IMG/VR virus record: IMGVR_UViG_3300045988_042432
DNA: 64,000 nt
DNA from: a virus
Direction: 5' to 3' (one strand)
The first letter of the stretch is position 1; each line of letters starts with the position of its first letter. Position numbers and translations under genes: made by a program. Positions 30,575 to 38,368 of this stretch are shown piece after piece. The notes beneath the pieces were generated by a model, which had not been told where the DNA came from, made no database searches, and saw nothing but the letters and a program-made list of their open reading frames with translations.

Positions 30575-30653
30575 TCAGGGACGTATCCCCTCTGCCTTAT
30601 ACGCTGTTGAAAGGGTAATTGGTCACATGTGGGTTCAATCCCCACCGTCCCTA
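30575..30653 (+). tRNA. tRNA-like element with perfect acceptor and T arm but no foldable D/anticodon core (possible pseudogene)
   Basis: Acceptor AGGGACG/CGTCCCT. T arm GTGGG-TTCAATC-CCCAC. I could not fold the 45-nt core into D and anticodon arms. Confidence 0.35.
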
Positions 30654-30674
30654 CACAGTTAATAGTTGAATCGA

Positions 30675-30938
30675 ATGAGTAAGGTAGTAGGTAGCATTGA
30701 CGGCTACGATGTCATTTATGTGGAAGGCAAGAATATGATATTCTGTAAGAATACTATATTACCCTTTCCACTCATTAAAAGAATTATCAGAGGAGGTTTG
30801 TGTAGGGAAACAATCGAAGAGAAGAACCTGACTATCACTCAAGACGGTTCTATTATTCAACTTGGTTGTTTAACTACAACAAGAGAGAATTGTGAGGCAA
30901 TCATTAAAGAAGTAAATAAGATTAATAAACCTAATTAA
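30675..30938 (+). CDS. hypothetical protein
   Basis: Track ORF 30666..30938 uses TTG. The first ATG is at 30675. Confidence 0.55.
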   Translation: MSKVVGSIDGYDVIYVEGKNMIFCKNTILPFPLIKRIIRGGLCRETIEEKNLTITQDGSIIQLGCLTTTRENCEAIIKEVNKINKPN

Positions 30939-30941
30939 GTA

Positions 30942-32399
30942 ATGGCAAAGAACATTATTCCGCAAGGAACTACAGCTGCTATTAAGCAGAGAGTTAACAA
31001 GTACGAGGAAACTCAGAAACAGAGAATGATTGAAGTGCTCCAAAGCAATGTGAAGTATGCTGATGCTCTGGGATTCATCGAAGGTGAAATCAAACAGTCC
31101 AAGAAAATGGCAAGTTTCAAATACTCGCTGCTTTGTTGGAAACCAGACGGTGTATATCAGTTGAACAGAGCAATCAATGAAATCTTCGGTTCTGCCGTTA
31201 GTAAGGAGGATAACAGTCCTTCTGGAAACAGCAACATTGATACCGTAGACGTTGTTCTGGCAGACGGTTCTCGTACCAAAGTTCCGTTTGGTAAAATTAG
31301 CCTTGAAGAATTGGGAGAAGATTCTGAAATCAACATCAACTATGACAATGACCGTCATTTGCTCCTTATTAAAGGACAATGCCAGTTCAAATACCAGTCA
31401 TTAATTGATGATATTGTTGACAGAACTAAAGAGCTATTGGCATCAGAATCTATCTACAAAAACCAGGCTTTGGAAATCAGTAATCTGTCTGAACCTACTA
31501 TCATGACACTTGCCGGCATTGAGAAACAATTCATGGTTCTTTCTAAGAAGACTGAATTTGAATTGCAACCGCTACGCTCAAGAATCTTGTATCCAGAGAA
31601 ATGTCTGGCTAAAGGTATTCCATTGAAGTATGGTTGTTTGCTGGAAGGTAAATATGGTACAGGTAAGACCTTGCTGGCATTTAAGCTGGCTAAAGATGCT
31701 GTAACAAACGGCTGGTCATTCGTGTATTTGAAGAATCCTTCTCTTCTTGCAGAAACTCTGCGCATGTGTAAAGTTGTTGACCGTTCGGGTCATGGTGTTG
31801 TTGTATTTGTTGAAGATATTGACCAAGTAACTAGAGGTAACAGAGATGCTGCTATGCAGGACATCCTGAATACTCTGGACGGTGGTGATACCAAAGACAT
31901 GAACGTAATCACCTTGTTCACTACTAATCACATTGAATTGATTGAACCTACCTTCTTAAGAGGTAAGAGAATCGGCTCTGTGATTACCATGGACTGTCTG
32001 GACGCTGAAACTGCGGAGAAATTCATCCGTTCTACCTTCACCGCTGAAGAAGGATATACAATCGACGATGATTTGAGTGAAGTATGTAACTACATTCAAG
32101 AAGCTGAAATTGCTCCGGCATTTATGGCTGAAATCGTTGAATCAACCAAATCCAAACTTATCTTTACAGAAGAAACCCATGTAACATCGTTCCATATCAA
32201 AGCTAGCGTTGAATCTTATCAACGTCAACTTGGACTTGCATCCAAGAAAGCTGTTGTGGAAACTCCGGCTGAAAGATTGGTAAATGCTCTCAAACTCGTT
32301 CTGGGTACAGAGAAGCTTGAAGCAATCACTCAGATGTGTGAGTATCAGTGGGAACTCGACCGTAAGGACTATTCTACGGAGAAGAAAGACAACAAATAA
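30942..32399 (+). CDS. AAA+ ATPase (classical AAA domain)
   Basis: Track ORF of 485 aa. Walker A is LEGKYGTGKTLLA. Walker B is VVVFVEDIDQ. LNTLDGG...ITLFTTNH...FLRGKRIG is the AAA second region of homology. Confidence 0.8.
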   Translation: MAKNIIPQGTTAAIKQRVNKYEETQKQRMIEVLQSNVKYADALGFIEGEIKQSKKMASFKYSLLCWKPDGVYQLNRAINEIFGSAVSKEDNSPSGNSNIDTVDVVLADGSRTKVPFGKISLEELGEDSEININYDNDRHLLLIKGQCQFKYQSLIDDIVDRTKELLASESIYKNQALEISNLSEPTIMTLAGIEKQFMVLSKKTEFELQPLRSRILYPEKCLAKGIPLKYGCLLEGKYGTGKTLLAFKLAKDAVTNGWSFVYLKNPSLLAETLRMCKVVDRSGHGVVVFVEDIDQVTRGNRDAAMQDILNTLDGGDTKDMNVITLFTTNHIELIEPTFLRGKRIGSVITMDCLDAETAEKFIRSTFTAEEGYTIDDDLSEVCNYIQEAEIAPAFMAEIVESTKSKLIFTEETHVTSFHIKASVESYQRQLGLASKKAVVETPAERLVNALKLVLGTEKLEAITQMCEYQWELDRKDYSTEKKDNK

Positions 32400-32404
32400 A
32401 CCTT

Positions 32405-32436
32405 GGAGGGCGAGAGCAATCTCGCTCTCCTTTTAT
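32405..32436 (+). terminator. intrinsic terminator
   Basis: GGAGGGCGAG-agcaat-CTCGCTCTCC followed by TTTTATT. Confidence 0.75.
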
Positions 32437-32446
32437 TAACAACTAA

Positions 32447-32665
32447 ATGAAACATTTATTGATATTCCTATTAGTCTTATTAATGTCTGCAACTAAGGTG
32501 GATAACACACCTAGAGACTTTCATGTAAGTATAGTAGGAGAAGAGAAAGTAGAACAATTTGAATCCAAATTCCCTCAAATAGTTAAGGACGAAGCCGTGT
32601 ATATTGCATATCTTCAGCGATACTATAGAGGACATGAAGATGAATTTATCAATTTGATGAAGTAA
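32447..32665 (+). CDS. secreted small protein (72 aa)
   Basis: Track ORF with an N-terminal signal-like MKHLLIFLLVLLMSA. Confidence 0.55.
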   Translation: MKHLLIFLLVLLMSATKVDNTPRDFHVSIVGEEKVEQFESKFPQIVKDEAVYIAYLQRYYRGHEDEFINLMK

Positions 32666-32669
32666 CAAT

Positions 32670-32751
32670 GGGGTAGTGGCGTAACGGTAGCCGCGTTGGT
32701 CTTAGGAACCAATGAGCTAAGCTCGTGTGAGTTCGAGTCTCACCTACCCTA
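32670..32751 (+). tRNA. tRNA-Leu(TAG), class II
   Basis: Acceptor GGGGTAG/CTACCCT. Anticodon arm TTGGT-CTTAGGA-ACCAA. Variable arm GAGC-taa-GCTC. T arm GTGAG-TTCGAGT-CTCAC. Confidence 0.9.
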
Positions 32752-32782
32752 CTAGATTATTAACTATTAAATGTATTTAATT

Positions 32783-32947
32783 ATGGTAGAAACTTTAAGT
32801 GAGCTGCTTGAAAATGCAGCTAACGTAGCAGAGGACAACGGTGGTAAGCTTTCAATAGCAAGCGCAGCAGTATTAATTGCTGAAGCTTACGAGTTAGGAA
32901 TGGATAAAGCAACTAAATTACTGACAGAGGATGCCAACAATTGTTGA
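32783..32947 (+). CDS. small hypothetical protein (54 aa)
   Basis: Own translation: MVETLSELLENAANVAEDNGGKLSIASAAVLIAEAYELGMDKATKLLTEDANNC*. Confidence 0.45.
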   Translation: MVETLSELLENAANVAEDNGGKLSIASAAVLIAEAYELGMDKATKLLTEDANNC

Positions 32948-32948
32948 T

Positions 32949-33389
32949 ATGAGACCGCCAACTAACACTTTCAGACATGCAACTTTGATAGTAATATGGC
33001 TGGTGGTGTGCTTAGTAGGACTAGGAGGATGTAAATCTAACTTAGTTAAAGAAACCTGTATTGACAAACCTGTGTGGACTACAGTAGTTGCTAAGGACTG
33101 TTATACAGAAACAATTAATCAGCAGACGCATACTGTATATGAGCTTACACTAATAGCCGACGGTAGGGACAATCAGTTCAAACTACGTGTAGACAAACCA
33201 ACCTATGATAGAGCTTTTATTAATAACAAGCCTAATAGGCTTAGCTTTAATCTTAATAGAAGTGATTATGGGACTGGTTGGGAGCCATTAATTGTTGCAT
33301 TGTATTTCCTTATGCTTGTTGGTGGGCTAGCATGTGTGATAATTGAAGGTATAAAATACATGATTGATATTAAAGAACATTTATCATAG
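32949..33389 (+). CDS. putative lipoprotein
   Basis: Track ORF 32931..33389. ATG 32949 follows the upstream stop. LVGLGGC is a lipobox-like motif, and there is a C-terminal TM helix. Confidence 0.5.
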   Translation: MRPPTNTFRHATLIVIWLVVCLVGLGGCKSNLVKETCIDKPVWTTVVAKDCYTETINQQTHTVYELTLIADGRDNQFKLRVDKPTYDRAFINNKPNRLSFNLNRSDYGTGWEPLIVALYFLMLVGGLACVIIEGIKYMIDIKEHLS

Positions 33390-33390
33390 T

Positions 33391-34215
33391 ATGGAGAAAT
33401 TGAGTGCAGATGCGTTACGTTTAGCCTTAGTAACAGCATCTATGGAGTACTATAAGAAGTACGTAGAAGGCAATCAAGACTTTGATAATTCCGAGCAAAT
33501 CAAAGAGGAGCTTGGTAAGTTAGAAGCAGCAGGTTTAGGTAGAACTAAGAATGCAGAAACTCTTAGGACTATTCTCGAGTCTAAGAAGTATAAGTCAGCT
33601 TTAGGTCCAGAGAAATTAGACCTGAAGAAGGTTAACGAAATAACATCCTGGATTAAAGAATCGTATCCTGATGCACTGGTTGTAACTTACGAGGATTTCT
33701 TTGCAATCCTGAAGAAGTACAATTTGTATTGTGGTCCAATATCGACCTTCAGCGGATTCATTCCAAATGAGAATGTGTCACAAATAGCAAAGGCTTCTAA
33801 CGCTTTGAACTCTTTAAATCTTAACTACGTCAGTTGGGTTGAAGCTGCGAGAATAGATTCAAGAATGTCTAAGGACATGACCAAACGGCTTGTTGAGTAT
33901 TTCTCTAGATTCCCATTTGTATTCAAAGGTATTGACCGTGGTTATCAGTACATGAGGTCTATAGGTGGAAGTTATAAGGAGGAAGATTACCTACATCTTG
34001 GCACCTCATATTTAGACCATAACACTTGGCTAATTGCAGCGCCTTATGATACTATGGAGAATAATATTCGCATAGAAATCTTCTCTAAAGCTGAAGAAGA
34101 CCGTAAAAGAAGGTTAGAAGACCCAATAGTATTTAGGGCTACCAAGATAGGTATTGTTATCGTGTCTATGTGGGGAGAAGAAGCATCAGACAGCATGTTC
34201 GATAAATACCGATAA
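33391..34215 (+). CDS. paralog family protein 1 (unknown function)
   Basis: Track ORF 33364..34215; ATG 33391. It shares blocks with the 39604 and 42487 products: AAGLGRTKNAETL; KKYNLYCGPISTFSGFIPNENV; DPIVFRATKIGIVIVSMWGEEASD. Confidence 0.65.
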   Translation: MEKLSADALRLALVTASMEYYKKYVEGNQDFDNSEQIKEELGKLEAAGLGRTKNAETLRTILESKKYKSALGPEKLDLKKVNEITSWIKESYPDALVVTYEDFFAILKKYNLYCGPISTFSGFIPNENVSQIAKASNALNSLNLNYVSWVEAARIDSRMSKDMTKRLVEYFSRFPFVFKGIDRGYQYMRSIGGSYKEEDYLHLGTSYLDHNTWLIAAPYDTMENNIRIEIFSKAEEDRKRRLEDPIVFRATKIGIVIVSMWGEEASDSMFDKYR

Positions 34216-34359
34216 ACATGTAATCCACCACTTAAATGTGAGCAGGTGTAGAAATGACTATAGGGCTATTTCAGTTTAGCAGACGTGCTATTCCATAGAT
34301 TAGCTGACGTCAATAATTGGTAAGGCAGCTCGCAGCCCTGCCAGGCGGATTATTCATAT

Positions 34360-34469
34360 ATAAGAACATAAGGAGACAAAGCCAGACTAGCCGGCAGTGA
34401 AGCAAACGGGAGGTATTAAGGTTGCATTGATGACAATGTAGACGCGATGAGCTTTATGTTCTTATTAAT
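34360..34469 (+). promoter_or_regulatory. large leader hairpin closing 4 nt upstream of tRNA-Met
   Basis: A 14-bp stem, 34360-34373 / 34452-34465 (ATAAGAACATAAGG / CTTTATGTTCTTAT), encloses 78 nt. Confidence 0.5.
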
Positions 34470-34543
34470 GGCGAGATAGCTCAACTGGTTAGAGCGTGCG
34501 ACTCATAATCGCAAGGTTGGTGGTTCAAGCCCACTTCTCGCCA
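34470..34543 (+). tRNA. tRNA-Met(CAT), elongator-type (G1:C72)
   Basis: Acceptor GGCGAGA/TCTCGCC. Anticodon arm TGCGA-CTCATAA-TCGCA. T arm GGTGG-TTCAAGC-CCACT. Confidence 0.9.
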
Positions 34544-34568
34544 CATTATTAATTAATACTTAAAGATT

Positions 34569-34964
34569 ATGTTTGTAAAATTTGTAAAAGATGATAAGGT
34601 AGTACAAGAGGTGTCAATCTCATCAGAAATGATTCCGTTTCCTACTGATACAGTAGTTCTAGAAGAAGGCAAATTTACTGTAGAGAGTAGAGAATATGAC
34701 ATTCTTGACGGAACTTGTACAGTTATTTTAGACCAACAAATTACTTGGACAGAGCATCCTCAAGAGTACAATAACGCAATGCTTGCTTATAAGAAGCGTT
34801 GGAATAACACAATTGATTTGTCATGTGAAGACTTCTTTAAGATGAAACAGTTTGTATCGACTGGTTCCAAACTGCAAGCAGTTAAGCATGTAAAAGAATC
34901 TGCTAAATGTGGTTTAAAAGAAGCTAAGGATTTTGTTGACACTTATTGCGATTACGTATTATGA
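34569..34964 (+). CDS. hypothetical protein (131 aa)
   Basis: Track ORF. Confidence 0.65.
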   Translation: MFVKFVKDDKVVQEVSISSEMIPFPTDTVVLEEGKFTVESREYDILDGTCTVILDQQITWTEHPQEYNNAMLAYKKRWNNTIDLSCEDFFKMKQFVSTGSKLQAVKHVKESAKCGLKEAKDFVDTYCDYVL

Positions 34965-35015
34965 GGTGGTTGTATCATATCCTAATTAATTGGATAGACT
35001 TAGTAAGAGATTGAT

Positions 35016-35192
35016 ATGGAAACAGCATTAATGATTACTGTAGTCATTGCATTTGTGGCTGCATTAATAGCTATGTTACTAACTATATGGGATTGTGACT
35101 TTAAATGGGTTAAGATATTCTTAAGTATAGCTGCTATAAGTACTATAGGAATGATAATTGTAGTTACAATCAAGGTCATGATGTCAGTATAA
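35016..35192 (+). CDS. small two-TM membrane protein (58 aa)
   Basis: Own translation: METALMITVVIAFVAALIAMLLTIWDCDFKWVKIFLSIAAISTIGMIIVVTIKVMMSV*. Confidence 0.5.
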   Translation: METALMITVVIAFVAALIAMLLTIWDCDFKWVKIFLSIAAISTIGMIIVVTIKVMMSV

Positions 35193-35198
35193 GGGTAT

Positions 35199-35231
35199 GG
35201 CTTGATGGCGAAATTGGTAGACGCCCCAGAT
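35199..35231 (+). pseudogene. 5' half of an interrupted class II tRNA-Leu
   Basis: GGCTTGA-TG-GCG-AAATTGGTAGA-CGC-C-CCAGA is a Leu-type acceptor, D arm and 5' anticodon-stem strand. The partner strands lie at 35887-35933. Confidence 0.6.
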
Positions 35232-35279
35232 GTTCACAAATTTTAACTTAACGAATTAGGTAGACTCAAAATTTAAGAT

Positions 35280-35287
35280 TATCTTTG
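35280..35287 (+). promoter_or_regulatory. -7 box TATCTTTG upstream of the HNH gene
   Basis: Matches TAnnTTTG. No clean -33 TTTG was seen. Confidence 0.35.
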
Positions 35288-35305
35288 TGTATTAAATATA
35301 CAAGG

Positions 35306-35779
35306 ATGAGTAAACGAAAATGGACAGACGACCAATTCATTGAAGCAGTTAAGTCTAGCTTCTCTTATGCAGAAGTAATGAAGAAGATTGGACTTAAACC
35401 TGCTGGCAGTAACTATGATACTGTTAAGAGGAAGATTTGTGAATTACGCTTAGATACATCACACATGACTGGTAAGGTTTGGAATCAAGGCGAAAGGTAC
35501 AGACCTATAAAAGAAGCTCGACCACTAGAAGAAATTTTAGTAGAGCATTCTTCATATGTTAGTACACATCATCTTAAAGAAAGACTTTTAAAGGAGGGTG
35601 TAAAAGAACACAGATGCGAGTGTTGCGGTAATGCAGAGTGGATGGGAGAACCTATTGCACTTGAATTACACCACGTAAATGGTGTTAAAGATGACCTTAG
35701 AATAGAAAACTTGCAAATTCTTTGTCCTAATTGTCACGCTTTTACAGATAATTATCGTGGTAGAAACATAAGCAAATAG
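35306..35779 (+). CDS. HNH homing-type endonuclease
   Basis: Track ORF 35285..35779; ATG 35306. Motif: CECCG...LELHHVNGVKDDLRIENLQILCPNCHAFT. It ends in TAG. Confidence 0.85.
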   Translation: MSKRKWTDDQFIEAVKSSFSYAEVMKKIGLKPAGSNYDTVKRKICELRLDTSHMTGKVWNQGERYRPIKEARPLEEILVEHSSYVSTHHLKERLLKEGVKEHRCECCGNAEWMGEPIALELHHVNGVKDDLRIENLQILCPNCHAFTDNYRGRNISK

Positions 35780-35786
35780 TAATGAT

Positions 35787-35871
35787 GGCGCAGTGTCGGA
35801 ACTGGTATACGAAACGCACTTAAAATGCGTTGCCCTTTATGGGATTGAGGGTTCGATTCCCTTCTGCGTCA
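35787..35871 (+). tRNA. tRNA-Leu(TAA), class II
   Basis: Acceptor GGCGCAG/CTGCGTC. Anticodon arm ACGCA-CTTAAAA-TGCGT. Long variable arm. T arm GAGGG-TTCGATT-CCCTT. Confidence 0.85.
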
Positions 35872-35880
35872 CAAATGTAT

Positions 35881-35933
35881 CTAAGCTCTGGTGTCCAGAA
35901 ATGGACGTGTGGGTTCGAATCCCACTCAAGCTA
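35881..35933 (+). pseudogene. 3' half of the interrupted class II tRNA-Leu
   Basis: CTAAGC-TCTGG (pairs with CCAGA at 35226-35230). Variable arm TGTCCAGAAATGGACGT. T arm GTGGG-TTCGAAT-CCCAC. Acceptor strand TCAAGCT-A pairs with GGCTTGA. Confidence 0.6.
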
Positions 35934-35958
35934 CTAATAATTAAAGGAAGGAGGATTT

Positions 35959-36135
35959 ATGAAAGAACTATTAGAACAGCTAAAAGAACAGTTTGCAGGA
36001 AATGAAATTATGACTGCTGTTACTGATACAGTGGAGAAAGCATATAATATTGGATATTCTGAAGGTTTTGCTGCTGGTGAAGAAGCAATGAAGAATCTAA
36101 TTGACAAGTTAACATCACCTACAATATCTAATTAA
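35959..36135 (+). CDS. small hypothetical protein (58 aa)
   Basis: Own translation: MKELLEQLKEQFAGNEIMTAVTDTVEKAYNIGYSEGFAAGEEAMKNLIDKLTSPTISN*. It is preceded by AAGGAAGGAGGA. Confidence 0.5.
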   Translation: MKELLEQLKEQFAGNEIMTAVTDTVEKAYNIGYSEGFAAGEEAMKNLIDKLTSPTISN

Positions 36136-36136
36136 T

Positions 36137-36628
36137 ATGACTATAGAAGAGTTCCTGCGCAAAATAGTTGAGATTGATTTAACTCAAGCTCAACACGTGT
36201 TCCATGATTGGGATGCTGCTCTGGAGAATTATGCTATTAGGTATAAGAAACACGGTTCACCCAATGTAGTTAGGTTATTAAAGATTGCTAACTCATTGGG
36301 TGAACTTGTTGATTTATATAGGGGAGTAGTGCTAAGAAGATATCCAATGACTATAGCTTCGTTGAATAGTAAAACTGTCAGATATAATGAGTTGATATCT
36401 TACTATAACTACAAGAATGGGCAAGAGTTAACCTTGTTTGAAAGGATAAGTAATGGCTCTACCATGGAAGAGAGATTAAACTTTGTATATTTAATGTCTA
36501 AAGCCGATGCATTACAAGGAGAGACTATTGACCGAAGGAAAATCCTTCAGAACCTCAGAGAAGGGAAACTCTATGACTCCTCTAATCAAATCTGGCCAAG
36601 AGCATGTCTTGAGTCCTATAAATCTTAG
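36137..36628 (+). CDS. hypothetical protein (163 aa)
   Basis: Track ORF that ends in TAG. Its 3' 120 nt overlap the next ORF. Confidence 0.6.
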   Translation: MTIEEFLRKIVEIDLTQAQHVFHDWDAALENYAIRYKKHGSPNVVRLLKIANSLGELVDLYRGVVLRRYPMTIASLNSKTVRYNELISYYNYKNGQELTLFERISNGSTMEERLNFVYLMSKADALQGETIDRRKILQNLREGKLYDSSNQIWPRACLESYKS

Positions 36629-36791
36629 CGATGTAGAGGTAGGTGATATAGTATTCTGCAAAGTTAAAGGTAGATACTATACTCACTTAGTCAAAGCTAA
36701 GGGAGACAGAGGAGTTCTTATAGGCAACAATCATGGTAAGATTAATGGGTGGACCAAATCCGTATTTGGTAAAGTAACTAAAATACTATAA
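36507..36791 (+). CDS. S24/LexA-like peptidase domain protein
   Basis: Track ORF of 94 aa. GNSMTPLIKSG...VEVGDIVFC...THLVKAKG resembles the G(D/N)SM...GD.V Ser/Lys peptidase fold. Confidence 0.4.
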   Translation: MHYKERLLTEGKSFRTSEKGNSMTPLIKSGQEHVLSPINLSDVEVGDIVFCKVKGRYYTHLVKAKGDRGVLIGNNHGKINGWTKSVFGKVTKIL

Positions 36792-36792
36792 C

Positions 36793-37986
36793 ATGAGTGA
36801 ACGAAGACTTAAACTTGGTCATAGGAAAGAGTATAAACGTAAAAGCAAGCATACTCGTAATCCAAGCTACTATCCTAGACACCTTACTAAAGTGACGCTA
36901 GCTGATTTTGATGCTGATTTCAATTTGAGAGTATCTAAAGAAGTGGCAGCGCAGAGAGGATATGGTAGAAAGGTATTAGACAAAAGTTGTCATATAGCTT
37001 GGGACCACGGTTATGGATACGTTAAAGAATCTAGGATTGTGAAATTCATAGCCAAGTATGTAGGTAAGCCTTATAAAGAGCTAGCCAAAGCCTGGAATGA
37101 GTGGATTAAGCCAATTAAGAATACTGACAAAACTAAATACCTAGACGACTACTTCACTGATTATAGGTGGAGACAGGCGTTCTTTAGAGTTGATGATAAT
37201 GGATTAGTACAATCTGTTGAGCAGACTCCTAGAGGTCGTCGATACAACATTAGTACTAAGCAATGGAAGGAGAACAGGAATCATGCTTTGCCCAAGTTTG
37301 GTAAGATTGCTAAACCTCATAAAGCAGCAGACTATTATGATTACTGTTATGGATTTGCCAATTCTAATCCTGACTCCAATGGAACAGACTCTGACTTTTA
37401 TAGACCGAGGTTGCTAGGTCATTATTGGTGTATGGTTAATGGTACTCCAGTTGAGTTGCCAGTATATCATGTGCGTGATGCTCGTGACTATATAAGGTGG
37501 TGGTTAGACGGCAAGCAAGGCAGACTTCCTGGGACTAGAGAAGTAGTTAAAGTCGATACGTACCAGCAACTCTTTAGACCTGGAACTCATGCTTATGAAC
37601 AAGCTGTTAAGTTTGATAACAACTGGGTTTATCTTCCGATTCCATGTAGCAAAGGAGGTTATATAGGTGAAACATCTAAGCATTTTATGCATTTAGAGAC
37701 GGAGCAGATTCCTAATCCTAGATATGCAGAAATTCAAAGTAGCTTAGATGCTCTTACTAAGAGTGTAGAAGATATAGAAGCAGGCATAACTGTTACATTT
37801 AGTGACGGAGTAACTCCTGTAACTATGGAGTATCTTACTAACGAAATTAACAATGCTCACTATCGTCTGTCTATAACATCTAGGTGTATAACAGTTAATC
37901 ACGGCTATGGGCAACTATATCCATTAGTAAAACGAATTGATTATGAAAGAACTATTCAAGAAATGACTAGAGAAACTAGCATGTAG
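36793..37986 (+). CDS. hypothetical protein (397 aa)
   Basis: Track ORF that ends in TAG. Confidence 0.7.
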   Translation: MSERRLKLGHRKEYKRKSKHTRNPSYYPRHLTKVTLADFDADFNLRVSKEVAAQRGYGRKVLDKSCHIAWDHGYGYVKESRIVKFIAKYVGKPYKELAKAWNEWIKPIKNTDKTKYLDDYFTDYRWRQAFFRVDDNGLVQSVEQTPRGRRYNISTKQWKENRNHALPKFGKIAKPHKAADYYDYCYGFANSNPDSNGTDSDFYRPRLLGHYWCMVNGTPVELPVYHVRDARDYIRWWLDGKQGRLPGTREVVKVDTYQQLFRPGTHAYEQAVKFDNNWVYLPIPCSKGGYIGETSKHFMHLETEQIPNPRYAEIQSSLDALTKSVEDIEAGITVTFSDGVTPVTMEYLTNEINNAHYRLSITSRCITVNHGYGQLYPLVKRIDYERTIQEMTRETSM

Positions 37987-38253
37987 GCATGAATGGACTA
38001 TAATAGCAAAAACTAGCTATACTGATTGTAACAGATACTTACTAGTATGTTCCAAGTGTGGTAAGCTTAAAAGGAAACGAGTATAGACCAGGCTGGAACC
38101 TGGGTTAAATAAAGTCCAGCGATGACAACTAAAGCAGAGTTGAGCGTATGTAATAAGACGTGCAGTTTAGCGCTGACTGTGGGGTGGTTGCAGAACACCT
38201 CTTTAGGAATGACTATTAGTGTTTGACTATTAGTATTCTAACCACTGCTCCAT

Positions 38254-38336
38254 GCGGTTGTAGTGTAAAGGAGGGCACATCACTAATTTTAGTATGCGCA
38301 CAAGTGATAGATTGGGTTCGATTCCCGACAGCCGCT
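38254..38336 (+). tRNA. tRNA-like gene with 18-nt anticodon loop (related to tRNA-Ala at 20564)
   Basis: Acceptor GCGGTTG/CAGCCGC. D region GTAGTGTAAAGG...CAC. Anticodon stem TCACT/AGTGA encloses AATTTTAGTATGCGCACA. T arm TTGGG-TTCGATT-CCCGA. Confidence 0.45.
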
Positions 38337-38368
38337 CACCCTGAACCCTGTAATTCTAATCCTATAAG

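Larger units (their letters stand above)
35235..35876 (+). mobile_element. candidate insertion cassette: HNH endonuclease + intact tRNA-Leu(TAA), bounded by CACAAAT direct repeats
   Basis: CACAAAT occurs at 35235-35241 and 35870-35876. The cassette sits in the anticodon loop of the split tRNA-Leu and has its own TATCTTTG -7 box. Confidence 0.45.

Noticed and set aside
35231-35886. A group I intron (with HNH ORF) interrupting the tRNA-Leu anticodon loop.
   Set aside because: Outside the ORF and the nested tRNA only about 75 + 15 nt remain, too little for a P3-P9 catalytic core. I could not find a P1/IGS pairing or a U / omega-G boundary pair. The 7-nt direct repeat fits an insertion cassette better. 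Splicing is still worth testing.
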